IMG/VR virus record: IMGVR_UViG_2778261227_000005
Location: 1 to 41,340 of that record
From: a virus
Lineage: Duplodnaviria; Heunggongvirae; Uroviricota; Caudoviricetes
Length of the DNA: 41,340 bases
Reading direction: 5' to 3' (one strand)
The position numbers were made by a program, and so were the translations under genes. Below the pieces are notes generated by a model. The model was not told the DNA's origin and made no database searches. It worked only from the letters and a program-made list of their open reading frames with translations. Shown here in pieces: positions 27,056 through 37,041 of this stretch; the stretch's first letter is position 1, and each line of letters opens with the position of its first letter.

Positions 27056-28171
27056 ATGTCAGCCATTCACATTTTTAAAGCCGGTACTCATACCGATATG
27101 CACGGCAAAAAACTGCCGTTCACGCCAGACGATCTTGCCGCCTGCGTGAAAGCCTATGACCCGTCCGTCCATGAAGCACCACTCGTGATTGGTCATCCCA
27201 GAACGGAAGACCCGGCGTGGGGCTGGGTGAAAACCCTGTCGCTCAGCGGTGTCGATCTGATGGCAGAGCCTGCCCAACTGGACCCGCAGTTTGCTGAGAT
27301 GGTCACCGACGGACGATTCAAAAAAGTGTCCGCCTCTTTCTACCTCCCGGATTCACCGTCCAATCCGAAGCCCGGCGTGCTCTACCTTCGCCATGTGGGC
27401 TTTCTCGGGGCACAGCCACCTTCAGTCAAGGGGCTGAAACAGGTGTCCTTCAGTGAGCAGGAAGAAGGTGTGGTGGAGTTCGCCGACTGGCAGGCCATCA
27501 CGAATGCCTCCCTGTGGGGAAAGTTGCGCGATTTTCTGATCGCCCGCTTCAGTCTGGACGAAGCAGAAAAAGTCCTGCCGGAATGGCAGCTCAACAATCT
27601 GCGCGAAGAGGCGTACCGCGACACAGCGTCGCAGGATGCTGCAGGTGCGCAATTCAGTGAGACAGGCCGGGTGCCGTCTTCCAAAAGTAACGAGGAATCA
27701 TCGATGACAAAAGAAGAGATTGAAGCCCTTCAGGAGGAGAACCGCCGCCTGAAGCAGCAGGCTGCTGATCGCGATGCGCGTGATGCACAGGTCAGACAGG
27801 AGCAACTGCATAAGGACAATGTGGCCTTTGCAGAAAAACTGGTCGCAGAGGGCCGTCTGGCTCCCCGCGCCTCTTCCGTGGTGGTTGCCCTGCTGGATGC
27901 CGTCGCCGGTGGCGACAAACCGGTGGAGTTTGCCGAGGGAGAAAGCCGTACACCGCTGGCCACCGCCTTCCGTTCGTTGCTCTCCGACGGGGAGCCGGTG
28001 ATGAACTTCGCCGAACAGGCCACAAAGGATCGTGTCGGCGACGCGGTGAAGGTGGATGTGGCGGAGTTTGCGGAAGCCGATCCTGAACGTCTGGCCCTGC
28101 ATCAGAAAGCAGTGGCCCTGTCGAAAAAAGAAGGCATCAGCTATGAGGCTGCTGTCGCACGCTGCCTGTAA
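27056..28171 (+). CDS. Head maturation protease / scaffold (Mu I-like)
   Basis: 371 aa; N-terminal MSAIHIFKAGTHTDMHGKKLPFTPDDL...PLVIGHP typical of Mu I; coiled-coil C-terminal half. Confidence 0.75.
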   Translation: MSAIHIFKAGTHTDMHGKKLPFTPDDLAACVKAYDPSVHEAPLVIGHPRTEDPAWGWVKTLSLSGVDLMAEPAQLDPQFAEMVTDGRFKKVSASFYLPDSPSNPKPGVLYLRHVGFLGAQPPSVKGLKQVSFSEQEEGVVEFADWQAITNASLWGKLRDFLIARFSLDEAEKVLPEWQLNNLREEAYRDTASQDAAGAQFSETGRVPSSKSNEESSMTKEEIEALQEENRRLKQQAADRDARDAQVRQEQLHKDNVAFAEKLVAEGRLAPRASSVVVALLDAVAGGDKPVEFAEGESRTPLATAFRSLLSDGEPVMNFAEQATKDRVGDAVKVDVAEFAEADPERLALHQKAVALSKKEGISYEAAVARCL

Positions 28172-28185
28172 TTTAAGGAGAGAGC

Positions 28186-29139
28186 ATGTCTGATTACTTA
28201 AAAGGTAAACGTGTCGTTGATCCTGTACTGACCAGTATCGCCCGTGGCTATAAAAATGCTGCATTCATCGGCGAACGTATTTTCCCCGTCGTGCTGACGG
28301 ACAAGGAAGGCGTGCGTGTACCGACCTTCGGAAAAACCGCCTTTGTGGAATATGACACCGAGCGTGCTGTCGGGGCGGACAGCAATATTCTGGTCCGTGA
28401 GAAAACCGGCACGCTGGACCTGGTACTGGGTGAGCACGATCTGGCTGCGCCAGTGGACTATCGCGAGCAAGCGGAGTCCATGTTTAACGAAGAGAGCAAG
28501 GCCATCCGTCGCGCCACGAATGGCGTGAACCTGCGCCGTGAACTTATCGCTGCCCGTCTGGCCCAGGATGAAAAGGTCTACCGTACCGGGCACGTCAAAA
28601 AACTGACGTCCGGCGACCGCTGGGCCGGTGGTAAGGGTGACCCCATCGGGGTGATTGAAGCCGGTATGGAAGCGGTCCGTACTGCCACGGGGCTGCGTCC
28701 TAACCTGATGACCATGGGTGCCGGCGTGATGGCGCTGCTGAAGTTCCACCCGGCAATTCAGGCTGCCATCGGAGCCAACGAGCGCAAGCGCATCACCACG
28801 GAGATCCTGCGGGACCTCTTTCAGATCGAAGAGATCGTCATCGGAGCCCCTGTCTCCCTGCCGTCCATGAAAGCGGCAATGGATAAGGACAGCGTACCGA
28901 CGGATATCTGGGGAGACAACCTGCTGCTGCACTACGTCGGCAAGCCACAGCCGGGGGCGGACAGCGCGGACGAGAACGAGCCGTCCTTCGGCTACACCCT
29001 GCGTCGTAAGGGAATGCCTGTTGCCGACAAATACAACGGAGCCGGCGGCAAGGTGAAGTACTGCCGTTATACCGATATCTACAAAGTCGCCGTGGTGGGT
29101 GGCGATGCAGGATATCTCATCACCGGTATCAGTAAATAA
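28186..29139 (+). CDS. Major capsid protein (Mu T-like)
   Basis: 317 aa; follows the protease/scaffold gene; AAGGAGAG RBS upstream. Confidence 0.75.
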   Translation: MSDYLKGKRVVDPVLTSIARGYKNAAFIGERIFPVVLTDKEGVRVPTFGKTAFVEYDTERAVGADSNILVREKTGTLDLVLGEHDLAAPVDYREQAESMFNEESKAIRRATNGVNLRRELIAARLAQDEKVYRTGHVKKLTSGDRWAGGKGDPIGVIEAGMEAVRTATGLRPNLMTMGAGVMALLKFHPAIQAAIGANERKRITTEILRDLFQIEEIVIGAPVSLPSMKAAMDKDSVPTDIWGDNLLLHYVGKPQPGADSADENEPSFGYTLRRKGMPVADKYNGAGGKVKYCRYTDIYKVAVVGGDAGYLITGISK

Positions 29140-29149
29140 GGAGGGCGTT

Positions 29150-29488
29150 ATGGGAACCACTCAGCAGGTCATTCTGACCACGACCATAACGGCAGGGGCA
29201 CCACTGACACAGCAGCGTTTTGTCGGGGCAGATAATACCCCCTGTCAGGCCGGTGCCGCAGCGCTCGGGGTTGCCGAAGTGGATGCTGTTACCGGCGACA
29301 GCACGCCGGTGAGCGTTCTGGGCATTATTGCTGTCGAGGCCGGGGCCGCTGTCAGCCGTGGTGTGTCTGTACAGTCTGATGCCAGTGCCAGAGCCGTGCC
29401 GCAGGCTGGCGACGGTAAATCCTGTGGTATTGCACTTGATGAAGCCGGGGGTGAAGGCGACGTCATACGTATCCTGCGCGGGGTGTGA
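29150..29488 (+). CDS. Small Gly/Ala-rich head protein (DUF2190-like)
   Basis: Start at ATG 29150 after GGAGGG RBS (track ORF begins at 29099 inside the capsid gene). Confidence 0.55.
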   Translation: MGTTQQVILTTTITAGAPLTQQRFVGADNTPCQAGAAALGVAEVDAVTGDSTPVSVLGIIAVEAGAAVSRGVSVQSDASARAVPQAGDGKSCGIALDEAGGEGDVIRILRGV

Positions 29489-29489
29489 C

Positions 29490-29936
29490 ATGTACTGCAC
29501 CCTGGAGGATTTGCTTGAGCAGGTGCCGGAACGAACGCTGATCGAGCTCACCAGTGAAGAGATGGACTTCGACTCGCCTGCGACAGTGAATACCCGTGTG
29601 GTGGAGAGCTGTATCCGCTATGCCGACGAGCTGATTGATGCCCATCTGCGCGGACGCTATATCCTGCCGCTGGCGGAGATACCGACCGTTCTGCGGGACA
29701 TTGCCATCACGCTGGTCCGTTACCGGCTCTACGCCCGCCGCCCGGAAGGTGATCTCCCGGATACGGTGAAGGATGACCACAAAGAAGCGCTGCGGCAACT
29801 GAAGGAGTTACGTGATAACAGGCTCACGCTGGGGCTGCCGTCCACTCAGAAAGATGTGCCTGAGCCCGGAGAGTTTCGTGTACGCAGCCGCCCGGCCACT
29901 TTCGGCGGTCGTGACGGCTTACTGGAGAAATACTGA
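29490..29936 (+). CDS. Mu gp36-like protein (DUF1320)
   Basis: MYCTLEDLLEQVPERTLIELT... N-terminus; the track ORF start at 29328 was rejected because it overlaps the previous gene. Confidence 0.55.
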   Translation: MYCTLEDLLEQVPERTLIELTSEEMDFDSPATVNTRVVESCIRYADELIDAHLRGRYILPLAEIPTVLRDIAITLVRYRLYARRPEGDLPDTVKDDHKEALRQLKELRDNRLTLGLPSTQKDVPEPGEFRVRSRPATFGGRDGLLEKY

Positions 29937-30400
29937 TGAACGTTCTGCCCGTCCTTGATGCGGTACTGGCCCGGTTACGTGAGAAGCTGCCGCAACTGCA
30001 GGTGGAGTACTTCCCGGAGAAACCGGCTGAATATCGCCTGAACCATCCGGTTGGTGCGTTGCTGCTGAGCTATGCCGGTTCGCGTTTTGACAGGCCGGAT
30101 GATACCGGTGCGGTGATTCAGCCTCAGACTATCCAGCTCTGCGTCACGGTGGTCTTCCGCCAGCTCAATGGTAAAAGAGGCGCGATTGACATTCTGGATG
30201 CAGTCCGCCGCATTCTCGGTGGCCACACACCGCCCGGGTGCCGCCGCCGTATCTGGCTGACCCGTGAGGTGTTTATCGGCGAGGTCAGAGGGCTGTGGCA
30301 GTACGCCCTCGACTTCGCGACTGAAAGCGTCTTTATCGAAGACAGCGATTTACCGTCCGGCCCGCTGTTAACTGAAGTGAACTATGAGGAAAGCGAGTGA
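29936..30400 (+). CDS. Mu gp37-like protein (DUF1834)
   Basis: 154 aa, ATGA-coupled to its neighbours. Confidence 0.55.
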   Translation: MNVLPVLDAVLARLREKLPQLQVEYFPEKPAEYRLNHPVGALLLSYAGSRFDRPDDTGAVIQPQTIQLCVTVVFRQLNGKRGAIDILDAVRRILGGHTPPGCRRRIWLTREVFIGEVRGLWQYALDFATESVFIEDSDLPSGPLLTEVNYEESE

Positions 30401-30651
30401 TGAAAGCATACCGCTATTCCGGCCCGGCCAGCGGCGTCACGCTGTCGGACGGAACCGAAATCCTGCTCTGGCCGGGGAAGACAGTTTCCCTGCCGGAGGA
30501 GCATGACTACGTGAAGGTACTGGTGGCGCTGAAGCATCTGACGCCGGTATCTGAAGAAACTAAACCCGCCGGCACACCGGCTGTGCAGTCACCAAAGCGC
30601 AGGAACGGCGGTGACAGCGAGGTGAAAACGGAGGACGCCCATGGCAGCTAA
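30397..30651 (+). CDS. Small hypothetical protein (84 aa) before the sheath gene
   Basis: Coupled ORF on the late strand. Confidence 0.5.
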   Translation: MMKAYRYSGPASGVTLSDGTEILLWPGKTVSLPEEHDYVKVLVALKHLTPVSEETKPAGTPAVQSPKRRNGGDSEVKTEDAHGS

Positions 30652-32068
30652 CTATCTGCATGGCGTCGAAACCATTGAAGTGGAAAACGGTGCCCGTCCG
30701 GTTAAAACGGTGAAATCTGCCGTTATTGGCCTGATTGGTACCGCACCAATGGGCGACGTCAATACGCTGGTACAGTGCCTGTCAGAGAAAGACGCGGCGG
30801 CATTTGGCAGCCAGTTCACCGGCTTTACCATTCCGCAGGCGCTGGATGCGATTTATGACCATGGTGCAGGCACCGTTCTGGTCATTAACGTACTCGATCC
30901 GTCTGTGCATAAAACCGCTGTGGTCAGTGAGAATGTGTCGTTCGACAAGGCGACAGGCAGAGCCCGGCTGGCTAATCCGGTGGTCGCGCAACTGGTACTG
31001 AAACCGGACAGCGACGGTCAGCCTTATGTTGAAGGTCAGGACTACTCGCTTGATGCACAGACAGGGGTGATTACTAACCTGGGTAAAAGCATTGCTGCAG
31101 ATGCAACGGTGAAGGCCAGCTATAACTATGCTGATCCAACCAGAGTCACCCCGGCTGATATCATCGGTACCGTTAACGCTGCAGGCAACCGTACCGGCAT
31201 GAAGCTGCTTAACGACAGCTTTAACCTGTTTGGCTACTTCGCCAAGATCCTGATTGCTCCGGTATTCTGCACCCAGAACAGCGTCTCGGTTGAGCTTATC
31301 GCCATGGCTGAGAAACTGGGAGCAGTAACCTATATTGATGCGCCGGTTGGTACCACTTTTGCGCAGGCTCTGGCGGGACGTGGCCCGGAAGGCACCATTA
31401 ACTTTAATACCAGCTCTGACCGTGTTCGCCTGTGCTACCCGCATGTGAAGGTATATGACCCGGTGACGAACACGGAGCGTCTGGAGCCACTGAGCCAGCG
31501 TGCGGCGGGCCTGCGTGCCAAAGTCGACCTGGACAAAGGGTACTGGTGGTCATCCTCCAATCAGGAAATTCTGGGGATCACCGGCGTGGAGCGCCAGCTG
31601 TCGGCAATGATTGACGATCCGCAGAGCGAGGTGAACCTGCTTAACGAACAGGGGATCACCACGGTATTCAGCAGTTACGGCAGCGGCCTTCGTCTGTGGG
31701 GGAACCGGATGGCAGCATGGCCAACGGTCACCCATATGCGCAACTTTGAGAACGTTCGTCGCACCGGTGATGTGATCAACGAGTCCATTCGTTACTTCAG
31801 TCAGCAGTACATCGACATGCCGATTACTCAGGCGCTGATTGATGCACTGACGGAGTCGGTCAACGCCTACGGTCGAAAGATGATTAGTGATGGTGCCCTG
31901 CTGGGCTTCAACTGCTGGTTTGATCCGGCCCGCAATCCGGAGACGGAACTGGCCGCCGGTCACCTGCTGCTGAGCTACAAATACACGCCGCCGCCACCGC
32001 TGGAGCGGCTGACGTATGAGACTGAGATCACCTCGGAATACCTGTTAACCCTGAAAGGGGGCAACTGA
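30641..32068 (+). CDS. Contractile tail sheath protein (Mu L-like)
   Basis: 475 aa; immediately followed by a 173-aa tube-like gene. Confidence 0.8.
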   Translation: MAANYLHGVETIEVENGARPVKTVKSAVIGLIGTAPMGDVNTLVQCLSEKDAAAFGSQFTGFTIPQALDAIYDHGAGTVLVINVLDPSVHKTAVVSENVSFDKATGRARLANPVVAQLVLKPDSDGQPYVEGQDYSLDAQTGVITNLGKSIAADATVKASYNYADPTRVTPADIIGTVNAAGNRTGMKLLNDSFNLFGYFAKILIAPVFCTQNSVSVELIAMAEKLGAVTYIDAPVGTTFAQALAGRGPEGTINFNTSSDRVRLCYPHVKVYDPVTNTERLEPLSQRAAGLRAKVDLDKGYWWSSSNQEILGITGVERQLSAMIDDPQSEVNLLNEQGITTVFSSYGSGLRLWGNRMAAWPTVTHMRNFENVRRTGDVINESIRYFSQQYIDMPITQALIDALTESVNAYGRKMISDGALLGFNCWFDPARNPETELAAGHLLLSYKYTPPPPLERLTYETEITSEYLLTLKGGN

Positions 32069-32589
32069 TGTCAAAGATTGAGATAAACCGAATCACGAAT
32101 GCCAACATCTATCTGGATGGTACTAACCTGCTGGGACGGGCTGAGGAAGTTAAACTCCCCGATGTCTCCATGATTATGCAGGAACACAAGGCGCTGGGGA
32201 TGGTGGGTAAGGTGGAACTCCCGGCTGGTTTTGACAAACTGGAAGGCGAAATCAAATGGAACAGCTTTTACCGCGATGCGATGCTGTCTGTCGCGAACCC
32301 GTACAGGTCGCTGGCACTGCAGTGTCGCTCCAGCGTCCAGCGCTACAGCTCGCAGGGGCTGATTGACGAAATCCCGCTGGTCACCTTCCTGACGATTATG
32401 TTCAAGAAGAACCCGCTGGGGACGTTCAAACAGCACGAGAACGCCGAGTTCTCCAGCAGCTTCACCTGTACGTATATCAGACAGGTACTGGATGGTGAAG
32501 AGCTGCTGCAACTGGACTATCTGGCCAACATCTTCCGCGTCGGTGGCGTTGATCAACTGACTGACTATCGAATCAATGTCGGGGGCTGA
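32068..32589 (+). CDS. Tail tube protein (Mu M-like)
   Basis: 173 aa, ATGA-coupled to the sheath gene. Confidence 0.75.
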   Translation: MSKIEINRITNANIYLDGTNLLGRAEEVKLPDVSMIMQEHKALGMVGKVELPAGFDKLEGEIKWNSFYRDAMLSVANPYRSLALQCRSSVQRYSSQGLIDEIPLVTFLTIMFKKNPLGTFKQHENAEFSSSFTCTYIRQVLDGEELLQLDYLANIFRVGGVDQLTDYRINVGG

Positions 32590-32638
32590 CGGTGAGTGTT
32601 GAACTGACTGACAAAGGAGGCGATGTGCGTCACTGGGC

Positions 32639-32872
32639 ATGTCAAATGGTACGTGGTTTACCCTCCTTGATATTCCGGGGGTGGAGACCCTCTTTAATAC
32701 CCGTAAAACCAATGACCCGATTGACTGCACACGTTCAAAGGCCCGCAAACTGGCCGATTTGATTGAAGCATGGGAGCCGCCCGACCACTGGTTCTCCGGC
32801 ACCGGCAAATCTGAGGGAAAGGCGCTTCTCATCGCTTTCCTGCGTAACTGCAAGGGTTTTCGCACTTGCTGA
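32639..32872 (+). CDS. Possible small ORF (77 aa) between tube and chaperone genes
   Basis: ORF only; no convincing RBS at the right spacing. Confidence 0.25.
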   Translation: MSNGTWFTLLDIPGVETLFNTRKTNDPIDCTRSKARKLADLIEAWEPPDHWFSGTGKSEGKALLIAFLRNCKGFRTC

Positions 32873-32969
32873 CATCACAGGGGCTCCGGCCCCTTCTTCT
32901 TAATCCCCTTTAATATCCGTCACGTCCACCGCCAGACATACTGCTCTGAATTTACAAAGGAGTATGATC

Positions 32970-33305
32970 ATGTCACAGACCCAGTCCGATACTTTTACGC
33001 TGTCTTATCCTTTCACCACTGCTGCAGGTACCAGAATTGAACAGATTGAACTGAAACGCCTGACAGTAAAAGACCTGAAGCAGGTGCGCAAAATCAACAA
33101 AGACCCGGCAGACTGGGACGAACCACTGATTGCCCGTAGCACCGGTATCCTCCCGGAAGACCTCGATAACATGGATCTTGCCGACTATATGGAGCTGCAG
33201 AAACGATTTCAGAAAATCACTGGGCTGGGCAAGAGCGACAAAAACACTGATGCAGGCGCAGGGCCTGCTGGCGAGATGGTTCAGGTTTCAGCCGGGGGAG
33301 ATTGA
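32970..33305 (+). CDS. Tail assembly chaperone (upstream frame)
   Basis: Start at ATG 32970 with AAGGAG 7 nt upstream; lies between tube and tape-measure genes; overlaps a +1-frame ORF. Confidence 0.6.
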   Translation: MSQTQSDTFTLSYPFTTAAGTRIEQIELKRLTVKDLKQVRKINKDPADWDEPLIARSTGILPEDLDNMDLADYMELQKRFQKITGLGKSDKNTDAGAGPAGEMVQVSAGGD

Positions 33306-33387
33306 TGCCCTCGATACTGACGATCTGGAGATGTGGCTGGAGCAGGCTGAAGAGCAAATCAAAAGCGAGTTCGGCGACAATCAGTAA
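33130..33387 (+). CDS. Overlapping +1-frame ORF: possible frameshift extension of the tail chaperone, or a separate 45-aa ORF from ATG 33250
   Basis: Open +1 frame spans 33130-33387 and overlaps the chaperone 3' end; an A-run (gacaaaaac, 33237-33245) lies in the overlap. Confidence 0.35.
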   Translation: MPVAPVSSRKTSITWILPTIWSCRNDFRKSLGWARATKTLMQAQGLLARWFRFQPGEIDALDTDDLEMWLEQAEEQIKSEFGDNQ

Positions 33388-33479
33388 CAACGTATCACTT
33401 AACAGCCGCCAGTCGCGGCTGTTCTGCATGGGGTTCAGACACTTCCCTTCCGTTTTTTTGCTTTCAGAGGATAGCCACC

Positions 33480-35945
33480 GTGGCCAGTGAATTTTCAGTC
33501 GGCGTCATTATTGGCGGCATTGTCGGGAGCAGCTTCCGCTCAGCCGTCAGTGGCACCCGACGCGCCCTTGATTCCCTTGGTGATACCTCCCGCCGTCTGC
33601 AGGAACGCCAGAATGCCTTAACCCGGGCAACAGAACGTTATGGTCAACTGGGTTCTTCCCGGATGCAGCGTCTCAACAGCGAGTTGCTGCGGGTAAGCCG
33701 CACCATGGAGCAAATTGAACGTCAGCAGCGCCGTCTGTCAGCAGTATCAGCCACCGGTGATGCGTTGAAGGCTAACCGCCTAGCGCTCTATGGTCAGGGT
33801 GCAGAAACCTATGCTATTGGCAGAACGCTGGGCGCACCGGTCATGGCCTCGGTTAAACAATATGCCTCGTTTGAATCACAGTTACGGGATATCAGTGTCA
33901 CAGGAGACCTGGATGCAAAACAGGAACGTGCAATTGGCCTGGCTATCAGACAGGCCTCGCTGAAGGTTAACCAACTGCAGGAGTCTCTGTTAGGGGGAGT
34001 CGGACAATTAGTCGCTGATGGTATGGCCCCCGAACGGGCAGCAACGTTTGCAGAGATGCTTGGAAAGACCGCTACAGCAACCAAAGCCGATATGACCGAC
34101 CTTGCCAAAATGACTTATGCCTTCAGCGATGCACTCAGAATCACTGATGCGAAAGAACTTGAACAGGCATTTGGTATTGCGGCAACAGGAGCCAAACTTG
34201 GGTCATTTGAGCTGAAGGATATGGCAAAAGCATTACCCGGTATGGCTAAAGCCTTCGCTGCTCGTGGTATTTATGGAAAAGATGCGATTACCCAGATTGT
34301 TGCCAGTCTGGAGGTCGGTAAAGGTAGTGGCTCTGCAGAGGAAGCGGTCACCAATATGTCCAACTGGCTGGCAGCAATGGGCCGCGGAGATACCATCCAG
34401 AAATATGCTAAAGCCGGGGTGGATTACCAGGGGTCAATGCAGAATTACGTCGCTCAGGGTTTTTCGCAGTACGAAGCTTCACTGATGATTGCCAACCGTT
34501 TTATCGACAGTAAAGGCAAAGCGTTTTTGCAGCAATGGAAAGCTGCAGGAGCAAGAGGCGATCAGGAAGGTCAGCAGAAACTCATGGAGTCATTTGGTCT
34601 GGCTGAGGTCTTTACCGATATTCAGACTGTCAACCATTTACTGTCAATGCGACAGGGCTGGGATAAATACCTTTCCAGTAAGCAGGAAATGAATGCTCCG
34701 GCTGCAATTTCTACCCTGGATAAGGATGCTGCAAAGCAGAATGATACGCTTGAAGGCCGCTGGCGCAGAATGCAGATCGGCTTTAATGATTCTGCTATCA
34801 GCATCGGGCAATCCTTGCGTCCGGCTTTGCTCCAGTTGGGTGAAACATTTATTCCTTTAATGGACAGTGTTGGCAAATGGATAGCGGCAAATCCGCAGCT
34901 CGTCAGCAGCACCATAAAGGTTGTGGGCGCATTACTCGCTTTCAGGATGGCCACTATCGGTCTCAAGCTTGGGCTGAATCTCCTTCTTTCCCCCTTTGTA
35001 AGCGTCTGGAAAAATGCTGTTTTACTTCGGGCCAACTGGCTTCGTCTGACGCTCGCACTGGGGGAAGGCGGTAAACTCCGCTGGCTGGTGACAGGCTTTG
35101 GTGCTGTCGCCAGAGGAGCCAGAACACTGGGTGGTGTGCTCTCAGGGGGGCTGGTTCGCGGAATTATGAGCGCCGGGCGTGCCGTTCTCTGGATTGGCCG
35201 GGCGCTGATGATGAATCCCATCGGTCTCGCTATCACCGCCGTCGCGGCAGCAGCTTACCTTATCTACCGCAACTGGGGCGCGGTCAGTAGCTGGTTTAAA
35301 CAGCGCTGGGCTGACATTCAGGAAGCCTTTAACGGCGGTATCGCGGGAACTGGTAAACTGCTGGTTAACTGGTCTCCGGCAGGTCTGCTTTATAAAGCCT
35401 TTGCGGCTGCGCTGAAATATCTCGGCGTTGATTTGCCGGCGAAATTCACCGACTTCGGTGGTCATCTTATTGACGGGCTGATAAATGGCATCAGAAACAA
35501 ATGGGCGTCACTGAAAACCAGCATAACCGGAATGGGTGACAGCATCAGTGACTGGTTCAGCGAAAAGCTGGGCATCCATTCACCGAGTCGCGTGTTTATA
35601 GGCTTTGGTGACAATATCGCGCAGGGTGCCGCCATTGGCCTGCAACGGACCACTCCGCTTGCTGCACTGGCCGGGCAGCGCCTGGCCGCTGAAATGACAC
35701 CGGATGTTCCCCGTATCCCGTCGCCGGAAATCATGGCTGCCGGATATTCAGGCCGTGGCGCAACGGCAACCGGCGGTGGAGCGTCTGGCGGTATCCAGGT
35801 CAGCTTTAATCCTCAGTTTTTCCTCAATGGTAAGGAAACCGCAGCGCCTGCCGGGCTGGCTGGTGCCCTGAATATGAGCCTGCATGAGCTGGAAAAAATG
35901 CTGGAGCGTCTGCTGGCTCAGAAACAACGTAAGGAGTACAGCTGA
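33480..35945 (+). CDS. Tail tape measure protein
   Basis: 821 aa, Gly/Ala-rich with hydrophobic C-terminal segments; GTG start; follows the chaperone pair. Confidence 0.8.
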   Translation: MASEFSVGVIIGGIVGSSFRSAVSGTRRALDSLGDTSRRLQERQNALTRATERYGQLGSSRMQRLNSELLRVSRTMEQIERQQRRLSAVSATGDALKANRLALYGQGAETYAIGRTLGAPVMASVKQYASFESQLRDISVTGDLDAKQERAIGLAIRQASLKVNQLQESLLGGVGQLVADGMAPERAATFAEMLGKTATATKADMTDLAKMTYAFSDALRITDAKELEQAFGIAATGAKLGSFELKDMAKALPGMAKAFAARGIYGKDAITQIVASLEVGKGSGSAEEAVTNMSNWLAAMGRGDTIQKYAKAGVDYQGSMQNYVAQGFSQYEASLMIANRFIDSKGKAFLQQWKAAGARGDQEGQQKLMESFGLAEVFTDIQTVNHLLSMRQGWDKYLSSKQEMNAPAAISTLDKDAAKQNDTLEGRWRRMQIGFNDSAISIGQSLRPALLQLGETFIPLMDSVGKWIAANPQLVSSTIKVVGALLAFRMATIGLKLGLNLLLSPFVSVWKNAVLLRANWLRLTLALGEGGKLRWLVTGFGAVARGARTLGGVLSGGLVRGIMSAGRAVLWIGRALMMNPIGLAITAVAAAAYLIYRNWGAVSSWFKQRWADIQEAFNGGIAGTGKLLVNWSPAGLLYKAFAAALKYLGVDLPAKFTDFGGHLIDGLINGIRNKWASLKTSITGMGDSISDWFSEKLGIHSPSRVFIGFGDNIAQGAAIGLQRTTPLAALAGQRLAAEMTPDVPRIPSPEIMAAGYSGRGATATGGGASGGIQVSFNPQFFLNGKETAAPAGLAGALNMSLHELEKMLERLLAQKQRKEYS

Positions 35946-36829
35946 TGTTTGCCGTACTGGGTGATATTGAGTTTGAACTGATTACCTACTGGGACGGCTT
36001 CGAGGCCACGTTTGGCGTCGATTATGCGGAGCATGCCCGCATCGAGGGTAAACCCGGCCTGCAGTTCGTCGGCGACAGGCTGGACGAAATCCAGATAAGC
36101 CTGGTCTTCCATCAGCATTATTGTGTGCCCGACGTGGAGCTGGCGAGAGTGCGAACAGCCATGAAGGCCCATCAGGCACTGGCGCTGGTCTTCGGCAACG
36201 GTGACTATCGCGGCTGGTTCGTGATTACCGATGTGACCGCAACCAGCGAGCAGACAGACAGCACCGGTAACGTGCTGGCTGTCAGTGCCACCGTGTCTCT
36301 CCGGGAATACACCGGTGACCCGAAAAATCCTCTGCAACCGCCGGCAATACGCAGGCAGGTTCCCGGTGCCGGGGCCATATCTGGTGCTGTTCCATCGCCT
36401 TCCGGGGTGGCGCAGTTCGTCCGTAACGGCGTCAACTATGCGAAACAGGCGCAGTCTGTACTACAGACCACTATCAGTGCCGTTCGGGTGGCGCAGAAAA
36501 TGAAGGGTAACCCTGTTGTCGCGCTGACCCGTGTACCGGGACTGATGAGCGGACTGGGTAATATATCCGGGGCTCTGGGGAAAAGTGTTCCGGCGTTTAA
36601 TGCACTTTCTGAATCCATGCCCGATGCCATCAGTCTGGCCAGAACAGCCAGTGAGGCAGCCACGTATGTACAGCAGGCGCAGTCGGCGCTGAGTGGTGTG
36701 GACAAAAGAAATATTGCAGGTGCTCTGGATACCGTTTCCGGGCAGCTTAACGCCGCCGGCACAGCATTCAACCGCATGTCTCCGGGATTAAGTGCAATGG
36801 CCGCCAGAATACTGACGAGGAGTGTGTGA
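35945..36829 (+). CDS. Tail protein (P2 gpU / Mu N-like N-terminal region)
   Basis: 294 aa; MFAVLGDIEFELI... N-terminus recalls gpU-type tail proteins; position after the tape measure. Confidence 0.6.
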   Translation: MFAVLGDIEFELITYWDGFEATFGVDYAEHARIEGKPGLQFVGDRLDEIQISLVFHQHYCVPDVELARVRTAMKAHQALALVFGNGDYRGWFVITDVTATSEQTDSTGNVLAVSATVSLREYTGDPKNPLQPPAIRRQVPGAGAISGAVPSPSGVAQFVRNGVNYAKQAQSVLQTTISAVRVAQKMKGNPVVALTRVPGLMSGLGNISGALGKSVPAFNALSESMPDAISLARTASEAATYVQQAQSALSGVDKRNIAGALDTVSGQLNAAGTAFNRMSPGLSAMAARILTRSV

Positions 36830-37041
36830 TGTTTCTTGAACATATTACCCGTGACGGAGAGCGCTGGGATTCGCTGGCATGGCAGTACTACGGTGACCCG
36901 CTGGGCTATCCCCGGATTATTGCAGCCAATCCGCACGTGGCCATTACGCCAGTGCTGCCCTCCGGGTTGTTGTTACTGATCCCGGTGATTGAGGCTGAAG
37001 ATGCCCGTACAGAAGAGGATATTGCCCCATGGCTGAGATAA
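36826..37041 (+). CDS. Tail protein X-like (LysM-like small protein)
   Basis: 71 aa; RDGERWDSLAWQYYGDP motif typical of P2 gpX-like proteins. Confidence 0.6.
   Translation: MMFLEHITRDGERWDSLAWQYYGDPLGYPRIIAANPHVAITPVLPSGLLLLIPVIEAEDARTEEDIAPWLR

Noticed and set aside
29099-29936. Track ORF starts at 29099 and 29328 for the two small head genes
   Set aside because: Both extend into the preceding gene; internal ATGs at 29150 and 29490 give non-overlapping genes with RBS-like sequences and sensible N-termini.
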